63,434 bases of DNA from a bacterium (GTDB lineage Bacteria; Patescibacteriota; Minisyncoccia; UBA6257; 02-FULL-45-10c): positions 1 through 63,434 of the forward strand of contig JAUSKT010000001.1 in the NCBI GenBank assembly GCA_030646915.1, in the 5' to 3' direction. The translations under genes and the position numbers were made by a program. Shown here piece by piece: positions 16,049 through 25,486 of the stretch. A model generated the notes under the pieces. That model made no database searches. It was not told the origin of the DNA and saw nothing but the letters and a program-made list of their open reading frames with translations. The number at the start of each line of letters is the position of its first letter. Positions within the stretch are counted from its first letter, which is position 1.

Positions 16049-16792
16049 TTATTTTTTCGAAGCCTTAGGAGCTTCTTTAGCTGGCGCTGCTTTAGGCGTT
16101 GCCGATTTTGTCCCTTCGGTTGCGGGCGCTGCTTCTCCCGTTACAGACTTAGTAGCATCGCGCTCAGCCTTCTTTTCTTCAGTTTCCACCTTCAAAGTTT
16201 CTACTCCGGCCGATCCGGCTTGCTGCATTGCAAGTTCCTCTTCTTCGGTAATTTTTGCGGTAACAGTCGTCACTACAGTTTCTGGATTTACTAAAACTTT
16301 AACTCCGGAAGGAATAGTTAAATCTTTAACATAAATGCTCTGGCCGATTTCCACCAATTTAGAAACATCAACTTTAAATTCGTGCGGGATGTCAGCAGGT
16401 AAAGCTTCCACTTCTAATTCCTGCAAAGCTTTAACTAAAAGTCCATTTTTTTCCTTAACGGCTGGAGCAACCCCGACAAACTCCACCGGAACATTAACTT
16501 TCAATTTTTCATCCATTCTAACCTGATATAAATCCGCGCTTAAAACTTCATCAGTTACCGGGTGGTAAGAAACATCTTGAATTAGCACGGGATATTTTTT
16601 ATTATCCAGCATTATATTTACAATAGTATTTTCACCGGCTACCTTAAAAACTTTATTAAATTCCTTTTTAGGAACAGTTAAATGGAGGTTCTCAAGACCC
16701 CTTCCATATAATTCCGCCGGAACTAAACCCTTCCTTCTGAGGGCATTAACCTTTCTGCCCAATGTTTCCCGTTTTTGAACTTGTAAATCCAT
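16049..16792 (-). CDS. rplY: 50S ribosomal protein L25 / Ctc
   Basis: LRRKGLVPAELYG, YHPVT...DLYQV, VEALPADIP. Confidence 0.95.
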   Translation of the reverse strand: MDLQVQKRETLGRKVNALRRKGLVPAELYGRGLENLHLTVPKKEFNKVFKVAGENTIVNIMLDNKKYPVLIQDVSYHPVTDEVLSADLYQVRMDEKLKVNVPVEFVGVAPAVKEKNGLLVKALQELEVEALPADIPHEFKVDVSKLVEIGQSIYVKDLTIPSGVKVLVNPETVVTTVTAKITEEEELAMQQAGSAGVETLKVETEEKKAERDATKSVTGEAAPATEGTKSATPKAAPAKEAPKASKK

Positions 16793-16972
16793 AAATTAAA
16801 CCTTATTTAAAAGTTTCAATCTATTATATACCACCCCTTTAACTTCCGCAACTACTGGAGTTTTTCTACTTCTTCCACTAGGTATTTTTTCATTTTGGAA
16901 ATTGTGTCTTTTAATTTATTGAATCGCAAATCCATTTGGGGCGCCGCTTCCGGAGTGATAGTTTTTTCTTTT

Positions 16973-18877
16973 TTATAAAGCCGCTCCAAACCAGATTTTC
17001 CCTCCAAGAAGCTTGGTTGCCTCGCTCGCAATATAGAGTCCCACGCCAGTACCGCCGGCTTTAATCACCATAGCGTTTGAAGCGCGAAAAAACTTGCTGA
17101 ATATTTTTTTATATTCTTCTGGCGGTATGCCAACGCCGGTATCGCGGACAGTTACCAAAAAAGTGTTTTCCTTTTTCTCCAGAGAAACTTCAACACTTCC
17201 TCTTTCCGGAGTGTATTCTATAGCATTGACCACTATGGACTGAATGATGTTTTGAAACGCATTTTTGTCAGTTACTACTTCCAGCTCACCAACCTGATTT
17301 TTAAAATTAAAAGTAAGATTTTTTTTCTGACAAAGCGGGTCAGTCTCCTTAAAGTAGTTTTTTAAAAAAACTGCGATATCCAGCCGCACTGGAGTAACGC
17401 CAATCGTGCCGGATTCAATGCGCGAAATATTCAAAAGGGCATCCACAAGGTCCGACAAGCGGGAAGCTGATTCCGTAATATCAGTCAGAGATTCTAAGGT
17501 CTTCGCATCAACATCTTTGTTCTTTAATAACCGCTCTATGGTCCAACGAATTCCAGTAAGCGGAGTGCGGAGCTGATGAGAAGCAATGGTTACGAATTCG
17601 CTTTTTTGGCGATCAATTTCTTTTTCTTTGGTGATGTCGCGTTCTATCCCGACAAAAAATTTAAGATTGCCGTCCTTGTCCAAAATCGGGGAAATTTGGG
17701 CATCCGCTTCGTAAATTTCCCCATTTTTGCGCCGGTTCCTGATCTGCCCCGAAAATACCCTCTTGTCGGTTTTGATGGTTTTCCACATCTGTTCATAAAA
17801 TTCTTTCGGCATCTGCTTTCCCCAAAGCGACGGCCTGCTTCCGATGATTTCTCCGCGGGTGTACCCAGTGATCCGCTCCGCCGCTTTATTCGCGTAAAGC
17901 ACGGTCCCATCCGGATCCGCAATGATGATGTGTTCATAAGCGTTCTCCACCGCCAATTGGAACTTATTCAGCTCAATCACCAACGATTCGGATTTTTCTT
18001 TTTCCAATTTGATATCCGTCAATAAATTAACAAGAGCTTTTTGAGAATCATCCATTTTTCTGACCTGCAAACGCATCTGATCGGCATTCTTTTTCTCCTC
18101 AGTGATATCCCTGACCGTGGCTTGAAGAAACGACTTTCCCTGCAGATCGATCCTGGTCAGAAGCACTGTGGCCGGAAAATCCTCGCCGGTCATCCTCCGA
18201 TGGACCCATTCGAAGAAATGCGAACCGTCGCGCATGGCGACCTCAATCATCTCTTTCGCCTTTTCGGCGGAAAGCCTGCCGTCCGGCTGTTTTTCCGGCG
18301 ACAGCCGCCACGGTTCCGCGGACGCGAATTCCTTCTCGTCTTTCGCCTTGAACATCTTCAGCGTCGCCGGATTTCCGGACGAGAACCGCCATGCCGGCGG
18401 CTCAAGCGTCATCAGCGCGTCGCGGGAACTTTCAAACAGCATCCTGAAACGCACCTCGCTCTCGCGTACCGCCCCCTCCTGCGCCCTGCGATTGGTGATG
18501 TTATTCGAATAAAAAAGAATCCGCTTGATGTTGCCATCCTTATCTTTCAAGGGGGAAATAATGCCATGACACCATGCGTGTTTTGAACTTTCCGGCGTAT
18601 GCTCAAAATCAATTTCACCATATCCTCCACGCAAAACCGAATCAAAGATTCTTTTCATCTCCGGCTGATATTCTTTTTTGACCGTTCCCAGCCAGTTAAA
18701 TTTACCCACATCATCGGTATCTTTCAAAAAATGTTCCTCCCTACCGCCTTTGTTGATGAACAGTAGAGTGCCTTTCACGTCAAAAACCTTAATGCACAAT
18801 GGCGTGTTCTCTATCAGGTCGTAAAATCCCTCTGACTGCTCCGTGATATTTTTTTTTGTTACTTCAAGATTAGGCAT
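16973..18877 (-). CDS. Cytoplasmic multi-PAS histidine kinase with C-terminus clipped
   Basis: Three PAS-like domains, ASHQLRTPL (H box), NAIEYT, DTGVGI, GTGVGL; ends GGKIWFGAAL without the final GTTF strand. Confidence 0.88.
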   Translation of the reverse strand: MPNLEVTKKNITEQSEGFYDLIENTPLCIKVFDVKGTLLFINKGGREEHFLKDTDDVGKFNWLGTVKKEYQPEMKRIFDSVLRGGYGEIDFEHTPESSKHAWCHGIISPLKDKDGNIKRILFYSNNITNRRAQEGAVRESEVRFRMLFESSRDALMTLEPPAWRFSSGNPATLKMFKAKDEKEFASAEPWRLSPEKQPDGRLSAEKAKEMIEVAMRDGSHFFEWVHRRMTGEDFPATVLLTRIDLQGKSFLQATVRDITEEKKNADQMRLQVRKMDDSQKALVNLLTDIKLEKEKSESLVIELNKFQLAVENAYEHIIIADPDGTVLYANKAAERITGYTRGEIIGSRPSLWGKQMPKEFYEQMWKTIKTDKRVFSGQIRNRRKNGEIYEADAQISPILDKDGNLKFFVGIERDITKEKEIDRQKSEFVTIASHQLRTPLTGIRWTIERLLKNKDVDAKTLESLTDITESASRLSDLVDALLNISRIESGTIGVTPVRLDIAVFLKNYFKETDPLCQKKNLTFNFKNQVGELEVVTDKNAFQNIIQSIVVNAIEYTPERGSVEVSLEKKENTFLVTVRDTGVGIPPEEYKKIFSKFFRASNAMVIKAGGTGVGLYIASEATKLLGGKIWFGAAL

Positions 18878-19784
18878 GGGTGTCTTTCGGTTTCCCTTTT
18901 AATTCGGCAATCTCCTTTTTCAGCTCCACCATCTTTAATTCACGACCGACCATCAGGTCGTTCATCTTTTCCGATTCCGCCATTTTTTCTTCCAGCTGAG
19001 CGGTTCGTGATTGAACTTGTTTTTCCAATCCGGAATATGATTCCTTAAGCTTGCTTATCATAACATTAAACGCCTGCCCTAATGCGCCAATTTCGTCTCC
19101 CGAACCGGTAGTAATAGTAGTAGTAGTAGTAGAGGAAAAATCAAGCGAGGCAATGCGCGTAGCGGCTTCTTTGAGTTTTATAAGCGGTTTGGCAATAAAC
19201 TGATTAAAGAAAAAGAGCAATGCCACAAGAAACAAAATGAGTATGGCCACACTCGCGCCAACCGCAAAAACCAGCATTTGTTCAGCCGTCTGCACATTCG
19301 CCAAATTAACGTCAGACAGCGCATACGCCCTGGTGATGTTTATTTGGGTCTTCGCCAGTAATTGCGAAACCAATACCTCCTCCAGTTCTTGGGAAAGCGC
19401 GCGCTCTGCCGAGTTTGATTTCGGTTTTTCGTAGTTGGCTACTATTTTGGCAAAGAGTAAGTTTACTTGCTCGCTGGTTTCCTGAATCTCCGTCAAAGAA
19501 GCTTTATGTTCTGAATCAGTCTGAAATACTTCGCTTTGCGTGAGTTGGGTTTGCCTATCCGCTAACAGTTGCCACTGCGCTTTCGGCCGTTCTTCATGAA
19601 AGCGATAATAATCCAGTACCAATCCCCGCCGAGTAGTTGACGTTTGCACGATTTTCGCGGCAATTTCAGCATGTCCAATTTCATGCTCTATCTGCTCTGT
19701 CGCTTGGTAAACAAAAAAACCGGTAAAAGAAATCAGTATGGTAATTGCAAGAATGCTGGACAGGAGTTTGGTTTTAATAGTCAT
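18870..19784 (-). CDS. Two-TM sensor protein with HAMP domain and coiled coil, no kinase domain
   Basis: TM-extracellular-TM, PLIKLKEAA...GDEIGALGQAFNVM, LEKQVQSRT. Confidence 0.85.
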   Translation of the reverse strand: MTIKTKLLSSILAITILISFTGFFVYQATEQIEHEIGHAEIAAKIVQTSTTRRGLVLDYYRFHEERPKAQWQLLADRQTQLTQSEVFQTDSEHKASLTEIQETSEQVNLLFAKIVANYEKPKSNSAERALSQELEEVLVSQLLAKTQINITRAYALSDVNLANVQTAEQMLVFAVGASVAILILFLVALLFFFNQFIAKPLIKLKEAATRIASLDFSSTTTTTITTGSGDEIGALGQAFNVMISKLKESYSGLEKQVQSRTAQLEEKMAESEKMNDLMVGRELKMVELKKEIAELKGKPKDTHA

Positions 19785-19797
19785 AGCATTTTATCTG

Positions 19798-20805
19798 TCA
19801 TCGGATAATGGTTACCGCTTCCGGTTTTACTTTTTCCAGCGCATCCATATAAATATAGTCAAGATAATTTGGTACTACGGTTTTGTCCGTCAGCTTATTT
19901 TTGATCGCCCAGCGCGCTTGAGCTTCCATATTTAACAGGAGTGCTTGGGATAGCTCACCTGAAGCATTGAATTTGCGCCAAACCAATGTCATATACTCTG
20001 GCTCATAACGAAATGCATCCGATATAAACATTTCTACTTCCGCGGGATTAGCTTTGACGAATTCCTCTGTCACTGCCATTGCGGTTAAAAACCTCTTTAA
20101 AACATCGGGATTCCCGCTAATGAATCCTTGTGTACTAATAAGAAGGAAATATGAATCTTGGCTTCCCTGCGCGGGAAAACTCATTATATTCTGCCCTAAA
20201 CTTTTCTTCAATTTAAAAACGGTCGGTTCCCATGTAAGCGCAATATCTATCTCGCCTTTTTCAAGAGCAGAAACTATCTCGGAAGGTTGTAAATTAACCA
20301 ACTCAATATCCGCGAGATTGATACCATTTTCAATCAGTAATTTGCCAAGAAAAAATTCGCCGGAGGACTTTTTTGTAACGCCAACTTTCTTACCTTTAAT
20401 ATCTGCTATTTTCTCAATTCCTCTGTCTTTTCTTATTATTAATTCATGGGTGTTGTTGGATACTGTTACAGTAGAAAAAATCCGAATATCATTTTTGATA
20501 AAACTGTCGCTTACAAAAACAAAGTCGGCTGCCGTAGCTATATCCGCTTCTCCATTTTCTAATGCGTTCATCGCCAACCTACCTGATTCAAATGTCTTAA
20601 TATCAACATCAAGCCCAGCTTCCTGAAAAAAACCTTTTTCTTTGGCCAGATACACAAAAGGAGCGTAATCTGGATACGCCGCCACGGTAACTTTCTCAAC
20701 CGGCCCGGTGTATTTTTCTAGTTGTTTTTGGCCAAGAAAATACCAAGCCAAAAACCCTGCCAAAATAATAATAGTTACGATAAGTAGGATGGATATTTTT
20801 TTCAT
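19798..20805 (-). CDS. NMT1/SsuA/NrtA-family substrate-binding protein
   Basis: N-terminal anchor, YLAKEKGFFQEAGLDV, IADIKGKKVG, ALTWEP. Confidence 0.88.
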   Translation of the reverse strand: MKKISILLIVTIIILAGFLAWYFLGQKQLEKYTGPVEKVTVAAYPDYAPFVYLAKEKGFFQEAGLDVDIKTFESGRLAMNALENGEADIATAADFVFVSDSFIKNDIRIFSTVTVSNNTHELIIRKDRGIEKIADIKGKKVGVTKKSSGEFFLGKLLIENGINLADIELVNLQPSEIVSALEKGEIDIALTWEPTVFKLKKSLGQNIMSFPAQGSQDSYFLLISTQGFISGNPDVLKRFLTAMAVTEEFVKANPAEVEMFISDAFRYEPEYMTLVWRKFNASGELSQALLLNMEAQARWAIKNKLTDKTVVPNYLDYIYMDALEKVKPEAVTIIR

Positions 20806-20905
20806 ATATTATAATGAAGCGCTTCGTCTTCTTTTCAGAATAACAAATTTTTTAGAAACTCTTGCTTTGAATATTTTTTGCGGAATTTTTTCCATATTGC
20901 TTTAG

Positions 20906-21871
20906 CTAAGATAGTTTATTAAATAATTTCAGCCTTGCCTTCACCACCGCTTTCATCACCTCTACTGCTTCTGGCTCAACTTTATAGGGAGCGATTTCTT
21001 CTATGTCTTTGTGAAGTCCGGATTCTAAACCCTTGCGCCACGCCACCCGGATTTCCGTATTAATATGTATAATCGCCACCCCAGCATCAATTGCGGCCAA
21101 AAAATCCGCGTCCGTATTTCCAGAACCTCCATGAAGAACAAGTGGAATTTTTACAGCTTTTTTAATAGCCTGAATGCGCTCTATGTCTAATGGATAGTCA
21201 TAACCCTTGGCAAATCCCGTTAGAGACCGCGCCCGCGCTTGCGCGCCCAAAGGGCCCATGGGGCGGGCTGTCTCTAACGGGATAAACATTCCGTGCAGAT
21301 TCCCAACTGCCGGCGCAAGTAAATCTACTTCAGTTTCTTTTAAAAATCTGGCCGCATCTTCCGGCTTGGTTAAATCTTCCGGACGAATTTTCGCCGCGCC
21401 CTTCGACAAGCTCAGGCCAAGCCCTTTTGGCAATTCTTTCCTAATGGAAGATCCGCTGCCGATATTCCCCAACTCGCCCTCGATGATAATTTCCGGATTA
21501 ATTGATTTTATATATTCAACCACTTCTTTAGTCTGCCGGATATTTTCTTCAAGCGGCAAAGTTCCGCCGTCAAATAAAATCGCATCATAACCCGCGTCTG
21601 CGGCTTTTTTTACTTCTTCTAAAGATTTAGTATGGTCGGAATTCAAAAAAACCGGTTTACCTGCTTTTTGCAGGCTTTTTACCAAAGCAACCGCCTGTTC
21701 GCGGCCGACAAATTTCGCTTCACCCTCCGAAGTTCCCAAAATCACCGGCACGCCCAATTCTTCCGCCGCTTCCACAATCGCCTTAAAGCCGATTAAATCG
21801 GCAAAATTAAAATGCCCAACCGCCACTTTCTTTTCCTCTGCTTCTTTCAAAATTTGTCTTAAATTTTTCAT
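20906..21871 (-). CDS. fba: Class II fructose-bisphosphate aldolase with two in-frame REP insertions
   Basis: VGHFN, NSDH, FDGG, EGELG, AVGNLHG, LVLHGGSG, INTE. Confidence 0.93.
   Translation of the reverse strand: MKNLRQILKEAEEKKVAVGHFNFADLIGFKAIVEAAEELGVPVILGTSEGEAKFVGREQAVALVKSLQKAGKPVFLNSDHTKSLEEVKKAADAGYDAILFDGGTLPLEENIRQTKEVVEYIKSINPEIIIEGELGNIGSGSSIRKELPKGLGLSLSKGAAKIRPEDLTKPEDAARFLKETEVDLLAPAVGNLHGMFIPLETARPMGPLGAQARARSLTGFAKGYDYPLDIERIQAIKKAVKIPLVLHGGSGNTDADFLAAIDAGVAIIHINTEIRVAWRKGLESGLHKDIEEIAPYKVEPEAVEVMKAVVKARLKLFNKLS
21215..21282. repeat. In-frame TCCCGTTAGAG...CTCTAACGGGA element inside fba
   Basis: 68 bp plus imperfect 4-bp flank (CAAA/TAAA) equals 24 codons, read as IPLETARPMGPLGAQARARSLTGF. 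Confidence 0.85.
21399..21417. repeat. CCCTTCGACAAGCTCAGG-type REP, in frame in fba; relatives at 10161-10180, 38191-38207 and 47265-47277
   Basis: Encodes GLSLSKG in fba and PSTSSE in the 1349-aa protein. Confidence 0.75.
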
Positions 21872-21874
21872 AAA

Positions 21875-23155
21875 TTAAATTTCGAAATAGCCTTGCAGTA
21901 GGTATTCTTTAGCAAATTTCTCCAGTTCATCTTTACTGAAATATCCCATAAAAATCTTATTCCAAAGCGCTTCTTGATGATGATAGAGATATTTTACCAT
22001 CTCTTTTTCTTTGACCAAAGACATCACCGTATCCACCAGATTAAAACTTACCAGCACTTCATTCCCCACATCATCTTTAAAATAATCCCCCACCCAATCC
22101 AAATCATTCCAAAAGCTAAGCTCTGGGCTAAGCCGTTCTTTCTTATTTCGGTTAGAAAGCATATCCGCCGCCATAATCAAATCTTGGGAAGCCTTATCCC
22201 AATGCAAAGCCTCTGGATTCAAATGCGGAGCAAATAGCCTCCAGTCATTTTCATCGTCTTTCGCCAAATACCTTTGGACAACCAGCCACTGCGACTTGGG
22301 GCTTTCTGATAAATGCTGTGCGATCACGTCTCCCCGGAGCAAAGAAATGCAATTCTCCGAGAAAGTTTCCGGCACTTCGGCAATCTTTTTGAAAATATCC
22401 GAATAAAAAGGGATTTCATGTAAATAATGGAAAACGAGGCTTAACATCCGGAGCAATTCCCCGGAAATGCCAAGAGAAATCGGAATCACAAAAACCACTC
22501 CAAGCTCTTTCAAGTGGCTTATATTATGTTTCTTCTTCACCACAAATTTTTCCGTGATTGCCACCCATTTTTGGTCTAAAGAATGGACTACCAATTCGCG
22601 TATTTCAAAATCATCCGGCGTTAAATTTTCATACTGCTTAAAAAATATCTGATTAAGCCATTCTGAGCCTTCTAAAAATCTGAGTGCGCTGTAAAGCTCA
22701 AACAAATTTTCCTTTTCCACCATCTTTTCCGGAGAATCATATCCGAGATACTCCATTACCTTTTTAGGCGGCTCTTTAATTAAAAATTCTTTGGCCTTAT
22801 TCAATTTTAGAAAAAATCCGTGGTTAGACTCCGCGATTTTTCTGGCAATTTCCAAAATCTGATTGCAATCCTTGGAATTATCGCAGACCAATCCGCCAAA
22901 AGCTTTAAGAAGAAGATAATCATCTGATTCAATCTTGGAAATAAGAGCATCGTAGACTTCTTTGGCGCTGGAATCTCTGGATACGCCGAGCGTAAGAAGT
23001 TTTTCTTTCACTTTTTGCTCATTTTCTTTGACAATCTTTTCAAAGACGCCGGTTTGTCCGGTTACGCGAGACAAGCGGTCTTCAATTTTATAAAGAGCCT
23101 GCTTGTCAGCCCTTAAAATTTTAGCGATTTTATCCGCTGCTGTTCTATCAGCCAT
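21875..23155 (-). CDS. Conserved-looking hypothetical protein between the PfkB kinase and fba (ATG 23155 preferred)
   Basis: Long ORF with operon-like spacing and a HYLHE motif; no family recognised. Confidence 0.75.
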   Translation of the reverse strand: MADRTAADKIAKILRADKQALYKIEDRLSRVTGQTGVFEKIVKENEQKVKEKLLTLGVSRDSSAKEVYDALISKIESDDYLLLKAFGGLVCDNSKDCNQILEIARKIAESNHGFFLKLNKAKEFLIKEPPKKVMEYLGYDSPEKMVEKENLFELYSALRFLEGSEWLNQIFFKQYENLTPDDFEIRELVVHSLDQKWVAITEKFVVKKKHNISHLKELGVVFVIPISLGISGELLRMLSLVFHYLHEIPFYSDIFKKIAEVPETFSENCISLLRGDVIAQHLSESPKSQWLVVQRYLAKDDENDWRLFAPHLNPEALHWDKASQDLIMAADMLSNRNKKERLSPELSFWNDLDWVGDYFKDDVGNEVLVSFNLVDTVMSLVKEKEMVKYLYHHQEALWNKIFMGYFSKDELEKFAKEYLLQGYFEI

Positions 23156-23156
23156 A

Positions 23157-24164
23157 TTAAAGTTCTTTGACGTTAATTTTAAGATTTTTCCATCTTGCTG
23201 ATTCAAATTGCTTATTCGTTAAAATTCCTTCCGTGGCGCCCGCTTGTTCCACCACTGAAGTGGCATTGGCAGAAGCAAGGCGAATAGCATATGAAATAAC
23301 TTCCTTTTGACTTTTGATTTTTGATTTTTGACTTTTCAGAAGTCCGGCCACAAATCCAGAACCAAAAGCGTCACCGGCGCCAGTCCGATCCACGACTTTC
23401 TGTTCTTTAAAAATTCCGGCTTTATATAAATATTCTCCGTCTGAAACCGTAACGCCATTTGGGCCATCGGTGACCGCCACAATACCCGGCATCAATTTAT
23501 CCAATTTTTTAAAAACCGCTTTTTCATTTTTAAAAGGTATGCCGACTAAATCTGCCGCTTCGCTTTCATTTAAAACCAAAAAGGAAATATCTTTAAGCGA
23601 AGACAGGATTTCGTTTCTTTTATGCTTAATATGGTGCCCGCTCGGATTAAAAGCGACTTTAATATTATTTTTTTTAGCAAAGTTAAGCAGGGGCTTTAAA
23701 AATTTATCAGACTCGCCGGCTAAAGATAAATACCACCATTTTGCTTTTAAATTTTTCCAAGGTATATCTCGCAATCGCATAGTATCCGAAGCGCCATGAT
23801 AACCCAAAATAGTCCTTTCTCCTTTTTCTAAAAGCAAAACTGAATAAGCTGTAGGCCTATTTTTTGAAACCGTGAAAAGCGGCCGGACTTTTTCTTTTTT
23901 TAATTTTTCCGCAATTTCCTTGCCCGACAAATCATCACCCACTTTTCCAAAACAAGCAGTCTTAAATCCTTGCCGGGCAAAAGTAACACTGGCATTAGCC
24001 GAATTCCCGCCAATAGTGGAATAAACTTTTTTAACTTCCAATTTTTCCCCGAAAGGCAAAAAAATCGCTTTGCCGGAAGGCGCCGTAGGGCTTTTTACAA
24101 TCGGAAAATCCCCTTCCAAAAAATTATCTCTGGTAATAGAACCAATAGTAATTACATCAAACAT
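23157..24164 (-). CDS. PfkB-family carbohydrate kinase
   Basis: GGNSANAS, NESEA, VDRTGAGDAFGSG. Confidence 0.93.
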   Translation of the reverse strand: MFDVITIGSITRDNFLEGDFPIVKSPTAPSGKAIFLPFGEKLEVKKVYSTIGGNSANASVTFARQGFKTACFGKVGDDLSGKEIAEKLKKEKVRPLFTVSKNRPTAYSVLLLEKGERTILGYHGASDTMRLRDIPWKNLKAKWWYLSLAGESDKFLKPLLNFAKKNNIKVAFNPSGHHIKHKRNEILSSLKDISFLVLNESEAADLVGIPFKNEKAVFKKLDKLMPGIVAVTDGPNGVTVSDGEYLYKAGIFKEQKVVDRTGAGDAFGSGFVAGLLKSQKSKIKSQKEVISYAIRLASANATSVVEQAGATEGILTNKQFESARWKNLKINVKEL

Positions 24165-24238
24165 AAATTAATTATATCACCTTGCGCTTCTCTCTCTAAA
24201 TTACTAAAATTAAAGCAGTTCATCTATAACAAAAAGCA

Positions 24239-24817
24239 ATGATTGTAGCTCTGACTGGCGCCTCCGGAACCGGAAAAGACACTATTTTTGAATTATTAAA
24301 GAAAGATAATCCTAATTTAAAATTTGTAGAAAGCATAACTACCAGAGAAAAACGATCCAGCGATCGCCCTGGGGCATATAGATATGTAGATATTAAAGAA
24401 TTTGAAAAGTTAAAAAGAGAAGATAAATTCGTATGGCACGTTGGCGAACATAATAATTCTTACGGAACTTTGAAAGAATCCCTTCAAGAAGCCATCGAGT
24501 CCAAGGAAATTTTCTTTATGATTTTAGTTCCAAAAAGCGTTAAACTTTTATTCAATATCAGTAAAGGAAAAATTATCCCTTTTTATATCATTTCCCCGGG
24601 AAAAAAAGAATTGATTGGGAGATTAAAAAATCGCGGCGACAAAGATATAGAAAAAAGGATTGCCGATTGTCTGCTTTGGGACAAAGAAGCTTATCTTGCG
24701 GCAACGTTCGGCGAAATTCCCTACAACTTTATTGCTAATGACTTTCATCCGCCGGAAAAATTAGCCATACCGAATATCAAAAAAATCCTGGAATTAAAAT
24801 ACAAAATCTCGATCTAA
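24239..24817 (+). CDS. Guanylate kinase-like protein
   Basis: GASGTGKDT, SITTREKR, YGT. Confidence 0.8.
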   Translation: MIVALTGASGTGKDTIFELLKKDNPNLKFVESITTREKRSSDRPGAYRYVDIKEFEKLKREDKFVWHVGEHNNSYGTLKESLQEAIESKEIFFMILVPKSVKLLFNISKGKIIPFYIISPGKKELIGRLKNRGDKDIEKRIADCLLWDKEAYLAATFGEIPYNFIANDFHPPEKLAIPNIKKILELKYKISI

Positions 24818-24832
24818 GATCGAGATTTTTTA

Positions 24833-25426
24833 TTACATTCCGGTTATCAGAGAATAAAATAACTGGACTAACGGAAAAATCGGGAGGTATGGCAAGAGTA
24901 CTAAAAGAATAATTAAGAACATAAAAGCATTAGTTTCAAAAAAATATCTCATATCATCAGGAAGCCAAACTCCCCAGATTCTCCAGCCATCAAGCGGAGG
25001 TATCGGCATTAAATTAAAGACTGCTAATAAAAGATTGATTCTCACCATTAAACTTAAAAGTATCATTAAATTCAAATTCAGATCACTGCCAAAAAATCTT
25101 AAGATTAATCCGAAAACCATCGCAATTCCAAAATTTACCAATACGCCAGCGAGGCTTACGCAAATTTCTTCTTTTCTGGAAAGAAAATTGAAATTAACCG
25201 GAACCGGTTTTGCCCAGCCAAAAATTGGAGCGCCGGATAAAATACAGAATGCCGGAAGTAAAATTGATCCGAATAAATCAAGGTGCGGAATTGGATTTAA
25301 TGTGAGGCGCCCCTCATCTTTAGCGGTAGAATCTCCAAAATAAAGCGCTGCTGCGCCATGAGCGATTTCATGCAAGATTACCGAATATAAAAGTACAGCT
25401 ATTGTTAATAGCGTACCTAGCAACAT
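24833..25426 (-). CDS. Site-2 protease (M50)
   Basis: HEIAH, GWAKPVPV, FNLMPIPPLDG. Confidence 0.93.
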   Translation of the reverse strand: MLLGTLLTIAVLLYSVILHEIAHGAAALYFGDSTAKDEGRLTLNPIPHLDLFGSILLPAFCILSGAPIFGWAKPVPVNFNFLSRKEEICVSLAGVLVNFGIAMVFGLILRFFGSDLNLNLMILLSLMVRINLLLAVFNLMPIPPLDGWRIWGVWLPDDMRYFFETNAFMFLIILLVLLPYLPIFPLVQLFYSLITGM

Positions 25427-25486
25427 CCATCCTCCCTATTATTAAAAAACTAAAGTAATAGTAAGCTCTTTTTTAAGATAGGTCAA

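Noticed and set aside
19109..19132. (GTA)n microsatellite as a phase-variation switch
   Set aside because: A trinucleotide unit only changes the length of a Thr run in the HAMP linker and cannot frameshift.
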